NCBI GenBank assembly: GCA_030156535.1
Contig: JASGMJ010000009.1
Span: 5,237 to 69,236 of the forward strand
Direction of reading: 5' to 3'
From: Candidatus Sumerlaeota bacterium
Lineage (GTDB): Bacteria > Sumerlaeota > Sumerlaeia > SLMS01 > JAHLLQ01
Length of the DNA: 64,000 nucleotides
Under the pieces are notes generated by a model. It was given only the letters and a program-made list of their open reading frames with translations. It had not been told where the DNA came from and searched no databases. Within the stretch, counting starts at the first letter, position 1. Each line of letters starts with the position of its first letter. Position numbers and translations under genes: made by a program. This document shows positions 37,408-47,217 of the stretch, piece after piece.

Positions 37408-38871
37408 TCATGTCTGCCCACGTGAGCCTATTGCCTTGGTGCCCGTCAAGAGTAAGGCACCCACCAAGAGAAAATGAAATCCCACGATGGGCAGCCGTAG
37501 ATGAAAGTCGAAAAAGGCATGAACAAGCGTGATGGCCATTCCCGCCAATGCAGCCCGGCGGAATCCTCTCATCCGCCTGCCAAGAATCGCACTTCCACTG
37601 TCCCATTCTCTCTTGAAGCATCGCAGGAACCACACCAAGGCGCCAAGAACGGCCGCCGTCCAGACCAACCCCAGTTCCGAAACTACTTGCACATAATCGT
37701 TGTGCGACCAAACGGCAAGAACACTTGTGGGTCTGCCAAGCAGGAAACGGTTTATGGATGCCTCGGCTCCGCCCAGCCCCAAACCCAGCAGCGGAACCTG
37801 TGCCAAACCCTTCAGTGTCGCCAGCCAGTACGCGGCTCGCCCTCCCAAATCCTCGGTCTCTGGCAGCCGGGCCGCGAAACCTTCGAGCGCCGACGAAAAG
37901 AGAAGAAGAGTGATGCCGGAAGCAGCAATCAGCCCCATCACCCAGACGTTTACCCCCAGCAGCCCGCCACCGTCACTCTTGCGCTTCTGTGTGCCTTGTT
38001 CGCGCTTCCTCCCAATCGGAAGGCGCATCGCAACATCGGCCAGTCCCACCAAGGCGACGGCTAGCAACGAACCGCGCGAAAGCGCCAGCATCCAGCCGAT
38101 AAAAGCCACCGCGACCACGCCACCCAGAAACAGCATCAGGTCGCGCCGCTGCGACTCCATGTAGCCGTAGCGATTGTATTTCTGCCGCGTTGCCACCCAC
38201 CATGCGGCAATGGGCAGACCCAGCATCACAAGCGCTGCGTGATGGTTCGAGTTGTACGCAATGCCGAAAGCACGGTCGGTGCTTCCCAGCACATAGACCA
38301 CAGCCCCGATCCACGCCTCCACCACGGCACCACCCGCCACCAGGACAGCCAGAATGACAAAGCCGCGCTGGCGCGATGCCACGACGCAGGCACCGATGAA
38401 ATACAGCAGACTCGCTGCCATCTGGTTCCAGCCGCGCCATGCCGCTTCGGGCGTGATGGCCAGTGGCACGCGGTCGGGCACCGGATAGCCTGCCTGCCGC
38501 ATGGCCGCCAATGCTTCACGCCAAAAGGGCGACACCCGTTCGACAAAATCCACGGGTAGGGGAATCAGCGTCGCCCCCGACCACAGAAGCGTTCCCACGC
38601 CAATCGCCAGCAGAACGCGCAACGCCGTGTACGGACGCAGGCTGAACCGCCCCGATGCCCAGAACGCAACTCCCCACACTCCCAGCAGCCCGCAGGCAAT
38701 CCAGCCCCAGGCCCGCAACATATCCTCATACCCATATCCAAAAGAAAAGCACGCGCCCGCCTCGATCAGCAAAACCAACGCAGGCCCTACCCAGTAAAAT
38801 GCCTCCCGAAGGGTGACCCCCGAGCCCAGCCCACCACTCTCCCACTCCTGCTCCCAAGACGCATGGGTCAT
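37408..38871 (-). CDS. O-antigen ligase / Wzy_C-family membrane protein
   Basis: Polytopic. Wzy_C signature SHNDYVQVVSELG in a large periplasmic loop. Confidence 0.7.
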   Translation of the reverse strand: MTHASWEQEWESGGLGSGVTLREAFYWVGPALVLLIEAGACFSFGYGYEDMLRAWGWIACGLLGVWGVAFWASGRFSLRPYTALRVLLAIGVGTLLWSGATLIPLPVDFVERVSPFWREALAAMRQAGYPVPDRVPLAITPEAAWRGWNQMAASLLYFIGACVVASRQRGFVILAVLVAGGAVVEAWIGAVVYVLGSTDRAFGIAYNSNHHAALVMLGLPIAAWWVATRQKYNRYGYMESQRRDLMLFLGGVVAVAFIGWMLALSRGSLLAVALVGLADVAMRLPIGRKREQGTQKRKSDGGGLLGVNVWVMGLIAASGITLLLFSSALEGFAARLPETEDLGGRAAYWLATLKGLAQVPLLGLGLGGAEASINRFLLGRPTSVLAVWSHNDYVQVVSELGLVWTAAVLGALVWFLRCFKREWDSGSAILGRRMRGFRRAALAGMAITLVHAFFDFHLRLPIVGFHFLLVGALLLTGTKAIGSRGQT

Positions 38872-40178
38872 TGAGTGACTTCTCCTTGCGCGGTGGCGAA
38901 CTCGATGCCTTCCAGATAAACGACCTGATCCCCGGCCTCCGGGGCATCACGGTGTGTGCGCCCCAAGGAAAGCGACAGCATTACCGGTGCATCGGTGGGA
39001 GCGAGAACAGCTTCGTACACGCTTTCTTCCTCCGCCATTGGCACCTTGCGTGCGCTATTGTGAAAGGCTTCTCCCTGCTTGGCGATCAGGATGCACGGCG
39101 ACTCGGTCGCACCTTCCGCCCGCAGGCGAATGCGCACGCGGACAGGATGCTCGTGCGCGGGCATCGGCAACTCATACATCAGCCAGCGGAACTCTTTGCT
39201 CTTCACCGGAGAGGCGCGGAACGTCAGCCTCAGCCTTCCTGCTCCCTCGCCTTCCAGCCAGTACAACTCCGCGTTCGGTGTTATTGTGAAAGGCCGCCAG
39301 CCAAAAGGAAAATTGTCTGACAACGGCGAGCGTTCCAGCGTCAGGTTCTCCGCCAGCAGAGGAGGTTGCGTGTTGGCGCCGGGCACCTGCTCCAGGCTGC
39401 CGCTCTCCAACTGCCAGACCTTCCAGGCCGCTTCCAGCACGACAGGGCTCTTCAGCAGTCGTGCCAGTCGCTGGCGAAACTCCGCGTCCGAATATGTCTC
39501 TTCGGGGATCAAGGACACGACTTCGGCTACGGCGTCCGCATCATTGTACCAGAGTCCCTCAAGAAGATCCGCCGTCTCGGCAGGGGAGAGCCCCTCGCGC
39601 CACAAGAGACCCCAAGCCTCGCTCGGAGGCACTCCGATCCACAGCAGGCGTTGCGCGGCGGCCTTGCGTGCGCTTGCCGTCGTACCGCCAATCTGCACTG
39701 CCAGAGCAACGGCCCGGTCGCGCTCACCGAGCAAGTCCCACAACTCGACGGCCATCAGACGCCGATCGGTGTGGAACGGATGGAGGACGTCGGAATGCTC
39801 CAGCGCCGCTCTTGCCTGGTCGGGTTCGCCCTGAAACAACCGGTAACGTGCTCCATAGAGCCAGAGTTTGGACTTCATGGGCGCCAGCAGCAACGCGCGT
39901 GCGATCAACTCCTGGGCCCCTTCGTACTGCGGCGGAATTGGCTGCTCGCCAAGGAAGTACGCCATCGTCAGCAGCTGCTCCGAGTCGGCGGGAACATCCG
40001 CGAGCGTCTGCGACGCCAGAAATTCGAAGTCATCGCGCTCCCACTGCACCCGCCAGGCCTCGCGTTCCTCGAGCGACTGCAGATTCGCTCGCCCCCAATA
40101 CGCGACGGTGGGGACAAGAAATGCCAGAACCAACCAACGGTGCCAGCGGGAGCTTCTCTTTTTGCCTGATGGGGACAC
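38868..40178 (-). CDS. Membrane-anchored hypothetical protein (N-terminal TM, helical-repeat-like region). Co-transcribed with the O-antigen ligase-like gene.
   Basis: N-terminal TM WLVLAFLVPTVAY. ATGA-type 4-nt overlap with the downstream gene. Confidence 0.45.
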   Translation of the reverse strand: MSPSGKKRSSRWHRWLVLAFLVPTVAYWGRANLQSLEEREAWRVQWERDDFEFLASQTLADVPADSEQLLTMAYFLGEQPIPPQYEGAQELIARALLLAPMKSKLWLYGARYRLFQGEPDQARAALEHSDVLHPFHTDRRLMAVELWDLLGERDRAVALAVQIGGTTASARKAAAQRLLWIGVPPSEAWGLLWREGLSPAETADLLEGLWYNDADAVAEVVSLIPEETYSDAEFRQRLARLLKSPVVLEAAWKVWQLESGSLEQVPGANTQPPLLAENLTLERSPLSDNFPFGWRPFTITPNAELYWLEGEGAGRLRLTFRASPVKSKEFRWLMYELPMPAHEHPVRVRIRLRAEGATESPCILIAKQGEAFHNSARKVPMAEEESVYEAVLAPTDAPVMLSLSLGRTHRDAPEAGDQVVYLEGIEFATAQGEVTQ

Positions 40179-40292
40179 GGGAGAATCGCGAAAGGGGAGT
40201 GTGCAGAAGGAGCAGCGGTGCAGTCACAAAAAAGCGCCGGGGCAAGCAACCGCCCCGGCGCACGTATCATTGTAAGGAAAGGACTTCGCCGA

Positions 40293-41132
40293 TCAGGGGA
40301 TCAGGTCGCTGGCATCCAGATCGTTGAGTTCCTTGCGGAGCTTGTGCACGTCGTCTTCCAGATTGCTGGACTTGTTCAGGCCATAGATTCCAACGCCCAG
40401 GCCTGCAACGCCAACGCCAACACCGGCGAGACCCACTGCGGAACCGCCGCCACCGCCGCCACCGCTGGATGCTGCGGGTGCGGTGGTCTGGGCTGCATCC
40501 TGCTGGGCCAGCGGCTGGAGGCCGCGCGTACCGGGCATCCACTTGCCCGCTTCGTTCAGCACCATTTCGAGCGTATCGTTGGCGCCGACCACGGCAAGCT
40601 GCGCGCCGGTCTTGATATCCTTGACCACGGCCATCTCGTTGAGCGCGGAGAGGCGGATCGTCTGCGGGCCAAGCTGTTCCACGGCGAGAACCGCGGACTT
40701 CGCTTCGCCAGCCGTCGGCACCACTTCCGTCTCACCCTCTTCGGCGAGCGGCTGAACCGTGCTGAAATCAATCGTGTCGTACTCAACACTCATCGGGTTG
40801 CCCGACTGGAAACCGGCAGCCACGGTGCCCGACTGCAAGCGGACAATGCGCTCCTGGACCATGGAGACTTCCGAGTTGCTGCCAACCAGCACAGTGCCGT
40901 TGTCCGCGAGGCGGATTGTCACAGGCTCGGCACCCGCGATGACGCGGTCGCCCACCATCAGGCGCGCCATCTGGCCAGCACCCGGTGTCATCGTGTCCGT
41001 TGCCTGGACGATTTCATAGCCACCCTTCCCATCCACAACCCCAACCCAAGTTGCGGCGGCCTCAGCCCCCATTCCAAAGGCGGGCAGCGATAGCACTCCC
41101 GCTGTCAGCAAGATTCCGAGAAACTTCTTCAT
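40293..41132 (-). CDS. Secreted hypothetical protein with a Gly-rich C-terminal hydrophobic segment
   Basis: Signal peptide MKKFLGILLTAGVLSLPAFG. C-terminal SSGGGGGGGSAVGLAGVGVGVAGLGVGIYGL. Confidence 0.5.
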   Translation of the reverse strand: MKKFLGILLTAGVLSLPAFGMGAEAAATWVGVVDGKGGYEIVQATDTMTPGAGQMARLMVGDRVIAGAEPVTIRLADNGTVLVGSNSEVSMVQERIVRLQSGTVAAGFQSGNPMSVEYDTIDFSTVQPLAEEGETEVVPTAGEAKSAVLAVEQLGPQTIRLSALNEMAVVKDIKTGAQLAVVGANDTLEMVLNEAGKWMPGTRGLQPLAQQDAAQTTAPAASSGGGGGGGSAVGLAGVGVGVAGLGVGIYGLNKSSNLEDDVHKLRKELNDLDASDLIP

Positions 41133-41442
41133 GTTGAGCTGCCTGTCCTATATTGAGATAGTGAAATGCTTAAAGACGAGAATGGATACGCCTCGACTTG
41201 CCGGTGATGAGAACCGCTCCCATGCCCCGTGTCAAGCTGGAAGGGAGACTTTTTTGCAGATACTTCTCGCCGATCCACAAATCGAAGAGATTTTCTGTCT
41301 GATACTTTGCATTCTGATTCTATTGGGCTTGAGGGTGGGTGGAGATGCGTGTCGCCGGGCTCTGAAGCTGGCTGCTTAGTTGTCGGGGCCAAAAAAAATC
41401 ACATTCGGCACCCTGAATCTATCGCGCTCCACATTGCCGTCA

Positions 41443-42042
41443 TCAGGCGGGATCTTCTGCTGCGCCATCAGCCGATATCATGGTGGACTTCTCTGGACGC
41501 CCGGCGGCAAGACCTCTCCGCCGCCCTATAATTGAAGCTACCCTCCTTGCCGCTCCCCAGGCAATCAGGAAAGCGCCCCATCCTGCAATAATCCCCCCCC
41601 AAGCCCACTGGAGGTCCTCCCATGTTGCGTTGCGTTTTGGGATGAACTGTTGCCGATACTCATCATAAGCGGGAATCAGGAGCACCGCCAGCAGCGGAAT
41701 CCCCAGTGCCACCCACTTCCACCGCCGCCCCAGAAGGCGTATTCCCAGAAACCCCAGAAAACCGGCCAGCAACCCGTAGGGCACGGAGACGGCGAAGTGG
41801 AGATAGTAGTCGATATGCCTGGGAGGGGTCTTGCGCCATCTCGGGGGAGTCAGTGCATGGACGATCCGGTTGCTCCGGATTTCCTTCTCATACCGTTGCG
41901 TCGTCGCAACGGGGGAGGTGGCCAATGTCGTGGTGAAGGCAAAGTAGCCTCCCAGAATACAGAGGGCCAAGCCGAGCAGCACGCTCAACCTAAGGTGACT
42001 CCGGCGAGACTGATTATTCTTTTGTGGGGAACATTCCTGCAT
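41443..42042 (-). CDS. Small polytopic membrane protein, possibly VanZ-like
   Basis: Four predicted TM helices. The assignment is weak. Confidence 0.35.
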   Translation of the reverse strand: MQECSPQKNNQSRRSHLRLSVLLGLALCILGGYFAFTTTLATSPVATTQRYEKEIRSNRIVHALTPPRWRKTPPRHIDYYLHFAVSVPYGLLAGFLGFLGIRLLGRRWKWVALGIPLLAVLLIPAYDEYRQQFIPKRNATWEDLQWAWGGIIAGWGAFLIAWGAARRVASIIGRRRGLAAGRPEKSTMISADGAAEDPA

Positions 42043-42130
42043 TGTCGGGGCAACTTCCCTATGTTGTCATTCTTCCGGAAAGAGCAACTCGCGGGCCGGA
42101 GAGTCAGCACGGCTTTCGTGCCTGCAATCT

Positions 42131-42192
42131 CGTGTCAAGCCGCGCAACGTGTCCACCCTTTTGCATATGCAAGCACAACGTGGCTTGACACG
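42131..42192. promoter_or_regulatory. Nested palindromic element in a 440-bp divergent intergenic region. A 14-bp inverted repeat (cgtgtcaagccgcg / cgtggcttgacacg, 1 mismatch) flanks a perfect palindrome TTGCATATGCAA.
   Basis: Seen directly. Each IR arm carries TTGACA (a -35-like hexamer) facing a divergent gene. Confidence 0.35.
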
Positions 42193-42483
42193 CGAAATCC
42201 TCCGCCCTTACATCCCCCCGCCACTGCGAGGGGCGTCGCGTTCAAGGCTCCATGGATTGTTGTTTTCCATGTCGAAGCCGTTCTGCTCTCCGTCTCTCCG
42301 TCTCCTGAAATGACTCTCTCGAGCCTTTTCCGTTTGTTCGGAAATCGGCAACGGGGAAGATTTCGTCTTCCCTCACCCACTTGATTCCCAATCCTGAAGT
42401 CTTGTTCGAGAGCACCTCGCATTGCGCTGCGCCAGTTGATCTGGCTTCTGTGACAGTAACAATTCCCCCAAGGTAGGAAATTA

Positions 42484-43845
42484 ATGACAGCAACAGCTTC
42501 TCTTCTCGATCAATCCTTGAATCCTGCTGCCACGCAACTCATCGACAAAATCCGCAACCGCACCGCAGTGATCGGTGTCATCGGCCTTGGCTATGTCGGG
42601 CTTCCGCTGCTCATCGAGTTCCACAAGGCTGGCTTTCCGGTTATTGGGCTCGACATCGACACCAGCAAAATCGAGAGCCTGCGTGCCGGCAAGTCCTACA
42701 TCCTCCACATCCCCGGCGAGAACGTCGCGGCGATGGCTGCGAGCGAAAAGTTCTCCGCCTCCTCCGACATGGCCGACGCGAACAAGTGCGACGCGCTGCT
42801 TCTGTGCGTTCCGACGCCACTAACCCATCACCGCGAACCGGACATCACGTATGTCACCTGCACCTGCGAGAGCATCGCTCCGGCCATGCGCGCCGGCCAG
42901 ATCGTCATCCTCGAATCCACAACCTACCCGGGCACGACCGATGAAGTCATGGTGCCGATTCTGGAGAAGGGCTCGGGCCTGAAGGCCGGGCGCGACTTCT
43001 TCGTCGCCTACTCGCCCGAACGCGAAGACCCCAGCAACAAGAGCTTCAGCACGGCAACGATCCCAAAGGTCGTCGGCGCCATGACGCCCCAGGGACTCGA
43101 AGCGGCCAAGAGCCTCTACGATGCCGTCGTCGTGAAGACGATCCCCGTTTCCTCCACGCGCGTCGCCGAAGCCACCAAGCTGATGGAGAACATCTTCCGC
43201 TGCGTCAACATCGCGATGGTCAACGAACTCAAAGTCGTTTTCCAGCGGATGGACATCGACATCTGGGAGGTCATCGAGGCCGCCAAGACCAAGCCCTTCG
43301 GCTTTATGCCCTTCTATCCCGGCCCCGGCCTGGGTGGACACTGCATCCCCATCGACCCCTTCTATCTGACGTGGAAGGCGCGCGAGTACGAAACGCCCAC
43401 CCGCTTCATCGAACTCGCTGGTGAAATCAACACCGAGATGCCCAAGTACGTCGTTTCGCAGACGATGGAAGCTCTCAACGAGCAGGGCAAGGCACTCAAG
43501 GGAAGCCGCATCCTGCTCATCGGATTGGCCTACAAGGCTGATGTCGACGACTTGCGCGAAAGCCCCACCTTCAAGCTCATCGAACTCTTCGAGAAGCGCG
43601 GCGCCGAAGTTCTCTTCCACGACCCGCACATTCCCGAAATCATGATGACGCGTGAACACGCCGCCCTTGCAGGCCGCAAATCCGTCCCGCTGGACGAGGC
43701 TGCGAAGTGCGACGCAACGGTCATCTCCACCGCGCACGCCGCCGTCGATTACGCCAAGCTTGGTAAGATCGCCAAGGTCATCGTCGACACGCGCAACGCC
43801 ATGGTGGGTGTCACCGACGCCACCGCCGCCATCCACAAAGCCTGA
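42484..43845 (+). CDS. UDP-N-acetyl-D-mannosamine/glucosamine 6-dehydrogenase family (nucleotide-sugar dehydrogenase, WecC/Cap5O/WbpA-like)
   Basis: N-terminal Rossmann IGVIGLGYVGLP, catalytic-Cys region GGHCIPIDP and a UDP-binding C-terminal domain. Confidence 0.9.
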   Translation: MTATASLLDQSLNPAATQLIDKIRNRTAVIGVIGLGYVGLPLLIEFHKAGFPVIGLDIDTSKIESLRAGKSYILHIPGENVAAMAASEKFSASSDMADANKCDALLLCVPTPLTHHREPDITYVTCTCESIAPAMRAGQIVILESTTYPGTTDEVMVPILEKGSGLKAGRDFFVAYSPEREDPSNKSFSTATIPKVVGAMTPQGLEAAKSLYDAVVVKTIPVSSTRVAEATKLMENIFRCVNIAMVNELKVVFQRMDIDIWEVIEAAKTKPFGFMPFYPGPGLGGHCIPIDPFYLTWKAREYETPTRFIELAGEINTEMPKYVVSQTMEALNEQGKALKGSRILLIGLAYKADVDDLRESPTFKLIELFEKRGAEVLFHDPHIPEIMMTREHAALAGRKSVPLDEAAKCDATVISTAHAAVDYAKLGKIAKVIVDTRNAMVGVTDATAAIHKA

Positions 43846-43938
43846 TCGCCTTCAACATTCGACTGCCGGCCGGGGGTCTTCTTTGACCGTTCCCCTCCCT
43901 GGCCGGCACATCTTCCCTCCCCCTACAAGAGCAAACTC

Positions 43939-44949
43939 ATGAAGATTCTCGTTACCGGAACGGCCGGTTTCATCGGCTTCCATCTTGCCAACTCGCTGCT
44001 CGATGACGGCCATGAAGTCGTCGGACTCGACAACTTCAATCAGTACTACGCCCCCGTTTTGAAGGAACGCCGTCACGCCATCCTCGAAGCACGCGAAGGC
44101 TTCCGCCCGTTCAAGTGCTCGCTCGAGGACTCTGATCGCGTCCTTGCCTGCATGAAGCAGGAGCGCTTTGACGTGGTCGTCAACCTGGCCGCACAGGCCG
44201 GCGTGCGCCACTCGCTCACACATCCCTTCGATTACATGCGCTGCAATCTCGAAGGGTTCCTCAGCATCCTCGAAGGCTGCCGTCACTCCGAAGTCCCGCG
44301 ACTGGTGTACGCCTCCAGTTCCAGCGTCTATGGCAGCAACACCAAGCTGCCCTTCAGCGAGTCCGACAGCGTCGATACTCCCGTCAGCCTCTACGCCGCC
44401 ACAAAGAAGGCCAACGAGCTGATGGCCCACACCTACACGCACCTCTACGGCCTCCAGACCATCGGCCTGCGGTTCTTCACGGTCTACGGCCCGTGGGGAC
44501 GCCCCGACATGGCCATGTGGCTGTTCGCCGACGCCATTCAGCAAGGCAAGCCCATCAAGGTCTTCAACCACGGCGACATGCGCCGCGACTTCACCTACAT
44601 CGCAGAAATTGTCGATGGCGTGAAGCGTTGCGTTGTCACCGAAGGCCTCGACAAGTACGAAGTCTTCAACCTCGGCAACCATCGCAGCGAAAAGCTGATG
44701 GATATGATCGAGTACCTCGGAAAGTGCATGGGCAAGCAGCCCGAAATGGAACTGCTTCCCATGCAGCCTGGCGATGTGCCCGCGAGCTTTGCCGACATTG
44801 ATCGCGCCCGCACGAAGCTGGGCTTCGAGCCGCGCACGACCATCTTCGACGGCGTCTCCGCATTCGTCGAGTGGTTCAAGGAAAACCAGGACCTCGTCGA
44901 CCAGGTACGTGCCTGGGAATCCCGGCCGCAAACCGGCACAAAGGTCTGA
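43939..44949 (+). CDS. NAD-dependent epimerase (UDP-glucuronate 4-epimerase-like, GalE/WcaG family)
   Basis: ILVTGTAGFIGFHL and the YAATKKANE catalytic motif. Confidence 0.9.
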   Translation: MKILVTGTAGFIGFHLANSLLDDGHEVVGLDNFNQYYAPVLKERRHAILEAREGFRPFKCSLEDSDRVLACMKQERFDVVVNLAAQAGVRHSLTHPFDYMRCNLEGFLSILEGCRHSEVPRLVYASSSSVYGSNTKLPFSESDSVDTPVSLYAATKKANELMAHTYTHLYGLQTIGLRFFTVYGPWGRPDMAMWLFADAIQQGKPIKVFNHGDMRRDFTYIAEIVDGVKRCVVTEGLDKYEVFNLGNHRSEKLMDMIEYLGKCMGKQPEMELLPMQPGDVPASFADIDRARTKLGFEPRTTIFDGVSAFVEWFKENQDLVDQVRAWESRPQTGTKV

Positions 44950-44960
44950 GCAACAAACCC

Positions 44961-46256
44961 ATGACATCTCCCCTTATCCGCATCGAAGGTCCCACGCCGC
45001 TCTTCGGCGAAATCGACGTGCGTGGCGCCAAGAACGCCGCGCTGCCGCTCCTCATGGCCGCCGCGGCAGGCTCCGCGCCAGTCACACTGACGAACCTGCC
45101 CACGGAACTCCGTGACATCCAGGCCGAGATCGAAGCCCTGCGCTATATCGGCTGCAACGTCGAGCAGGCCGACGGCACCGCCACGCTCGCGCTCTCCGAC
45201 CCCACGACCACCGAGCTTCCCCCGGAAATCTCCGGCAAGATTCGCACATCCCTACTCTTCCTTGGTCTTCTGGCCGGCAGATTCGGACACGCGAAGATCA
45301 CCATGCCGGGGGGGTGCGATCTCGGTGACCGCAAGTTCGACCTCCATCTCGAAGGCCTGCGCCTTCTTGGGGCCGATATTCACGTCGACGAGCACTCCAT
45401 CGAAGTCACGGCCAAAAAGCTGAAGGGCGCCGACATTCACTTCTACCTTCCTTCAACCACCGGGACGGAGAACGTGATGATTGCGGCGTGCTTTGCCGAG
45501 GGCCGCACGCGCATCTTCAATGCGAACACCCGCCCCGAAGTCGCCGACCTTGCCGTCTGCCTCAACGCGATGGGAGCACGCATCTCCGTGCGCAACCGCG
45601 TCGTCGAAGTGGAGGGCGGCCGCCTTCTTGGTGGTGCCACGCACAAGGTGATGAAGGGCTGGGACGAAGCGGTGACGTACATTCTCGCCGCGGGACTCTC
45701 CGGGGGGGAAATCTGTATCCGGGATTTCAGCACCGACTTCATCCGCAACGATGTCGCCTACATGCGCGACGCCGGACTCGATGTTTTCGAATGGGGCGGA
45801 AATCTCTATGCCAGCGGCAAGGGCAAGAAGCTCCGCGCCTTTGATCTCTTCACGGCTCCCTATCCGGGAGTAAACTCCGACATGCAGCCGCTCTTCGCCG
45901 CCTTCGCCAGCAAGTGCGAGGGCTCGACGAGTGTCACCGACCAGCGATTCACCGAACGCTTCCAATACGCCGCCGAACTCCGCAAGATGGGCGTGCCGAT
46001 CGAATCCTACGGCAATTGCGCCGTGATCGAAGGACCTGCCCGCCTCAAGGGCGCCAATGTCCGCGCGCTCGATCTGCGTTGCGGAGCCGCCCTTGTCATG
46101 GCCGGCCTTGCCGCGGAAGGCACGACGGTCATCGACAATTGCCAGCAAATCTATCGCGGCTACGAGCTTCTCGTTCCGCGCCTTCGTTCGCTTGGGGCCA
46201 ATATCAGCGGCGAGACCGAAGAAACAAATGTCCGGTTGCAACCCTCTCATGCCTGA
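44961..46256 (+). CDS. murA: UDP-N-acetylglucosamine 1-carboxyvinyltransferase paralog (MurA-like enolpyruvyl transferase) embedded in the polysaccharide cluster
   Basis: KNAALPLL motif and active-site Cys loop GGCDLGDRKFDLH. ~430 aa, EPSP-synthase-fold repeats. Confidence 0.85.
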   Translation: MTSPLIRIEGPTPLFGEIDVRGAKNAALPLLMAAAAGSAPVTLTNLPTELRDIQAEIEALRYIGCNVEQADGTATLALSDPTTTELPPEISGKIRTSLLFLGLLAGRFGHAKITMPGGCDLGDRKFDLHLEGLRLLGADIHVDEHSIEVTAKKLKGADIHFYLPSTTGTENVMIAACFAEGRTRIFNANTRPEVADLAVCLNAMGARISVRNRVVEVEGGRLLGGATHKVMKGWDEAVTYILAAGLSGGEICIRDFSTDFIRNDVAYMRDAGLDVFEWGGNLYASGKGKKLRAFDLFTAPYPGVNSDMQPLFAAFASKCEGSTSVTDQRFTERFQYAAELRKMGVPIESYGNCAVIEGPARLKGANVRALDLRCGAALVMAGLAAEGTTVIDNCQQIYRGYELLVPRLRSLGANISGETEETNVRLQPSHA

Positions 46257-47208
46257 ATCCGGCGCGCTTCTCAAGCCGCCGGGTGAACACATCGTCGGCA
46301 CTGTTCGCTGCAACGAGCCACTCTGTCTCCACGCAAACTGGGAGATTGGCGGGCCTGCGGACTACTTGCTCGAACCTGCCAGTCCCGCGCAGCTTGCCGC
46401 CGGACTGCAATGGATTCGCGAGAACTCTCTTCCCTTTGCCATCATTGGTGACGGCACAAACATCCTCTTTCCCGACGAGGGGTTTCGTGGCGCGATCATC
46501 AAGATTGGCCGCCGGATGAGCAGCCATCGCATCGAGGGCATGACGATCGACGCGCAGGCAGGCGCGTGGATTCCCAGTCTTGCACGCATTGCCGCCGCCG
46601 CCGGCATTGGTGGCATGGAGCACACGATCGGCATTCCAGGCACGCTGGGCGGACTTGTTCTGATGAATGGCGGCAGCCTGCGGAAAAGCATCGGGACCAT
46701 GGTGCGCCGCGTCTGGGCACTTGATCGCGAAGGCAATGAGCACCAACTCGATCATGAGGAGTGCGCCTTCGAGTACCGCAAGTCCGCGCTCCAGTCCAAC
46801 GGTCTCATCGTCACGCGGGTGCTTCTCGAAGGTACGCCGCGCGATCCCGGCGAATCCCGGCGCGAAATGCTCGACATCATTCGCAAACGCCGCCTGAAGT
46901 TTCCCAAGAAGCTCCCGAACTGCGGTTCCGTCTTCATCAGCCGCCCCGAAATGTACGACACCTACGGCCCTCCGGGAAAGATCATCGAGGAGACCGGCCT
47001 CAAGGGGACGCGTATTGGCGGCGCCATGATCCCCGATCTGCACGCGAATTTCATCGTCAACGCGGGAGGCGCCACGGCGGCCGACATCAAGAGCATGGTT
47101 CGGCTCGTCCGGGAAAAGGTGCATGCCCGCACCGGTTTCTGGATGATCTGCGAAGTGCGCACTCTCCTGCCCGACGGTTCTTTCCGCCCCGTCCACGAGG
47201 TCCTCTAG
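46228..47208 (+). CDS. murB: UDP-N-acetylenolpyruvoylglucosamine reductase (MurB) paralog. An alternative start is at 46249.
   Basis: FAD-binding PCMH domain (FAIIGDGTNILF), and C-terminal KLPNCGSVF and GGAMIP..HANFIVN MurB motifs. It overlaps murA. Confidence 0.85.
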   Translation: MSGCNPLMPESGALLKPPGEHIVGTVRCNEPLCLHANWEIGGPADYLLEPASPAQLAAGLQWIRENSLPFAIIGDGTNILFPDEGFRGAIIKIGRRMSSHRIEGMTIDAQAGAWIPSLARIAAAAGIGGMEHTIGIPGTLGGLVLMNGGSLRKSIGTMVRRVWALDREGNEHQLDHEECAFEYRKSALQSNGLIVTRVLLEGTPRDPGESRREMLDIIRKRRLKFPKKLPNCGSVFISRPEMYDTYGPPGKIIEETGLKGTRIGGAMIPDLHANFIVNAGGATAADIKSMVRLVREKVHARTGFWMICEVRTLLPDGSFRPVHEVL

Positions 47209-47217
47209 CTCCACCAC

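Noticed and set aside
40430-40480. GGC/GGT repeat tract
   Set aside because: It is a codon-level Gly run inside the secreted protein gene (SSGGGGGGGS), not an independent element.
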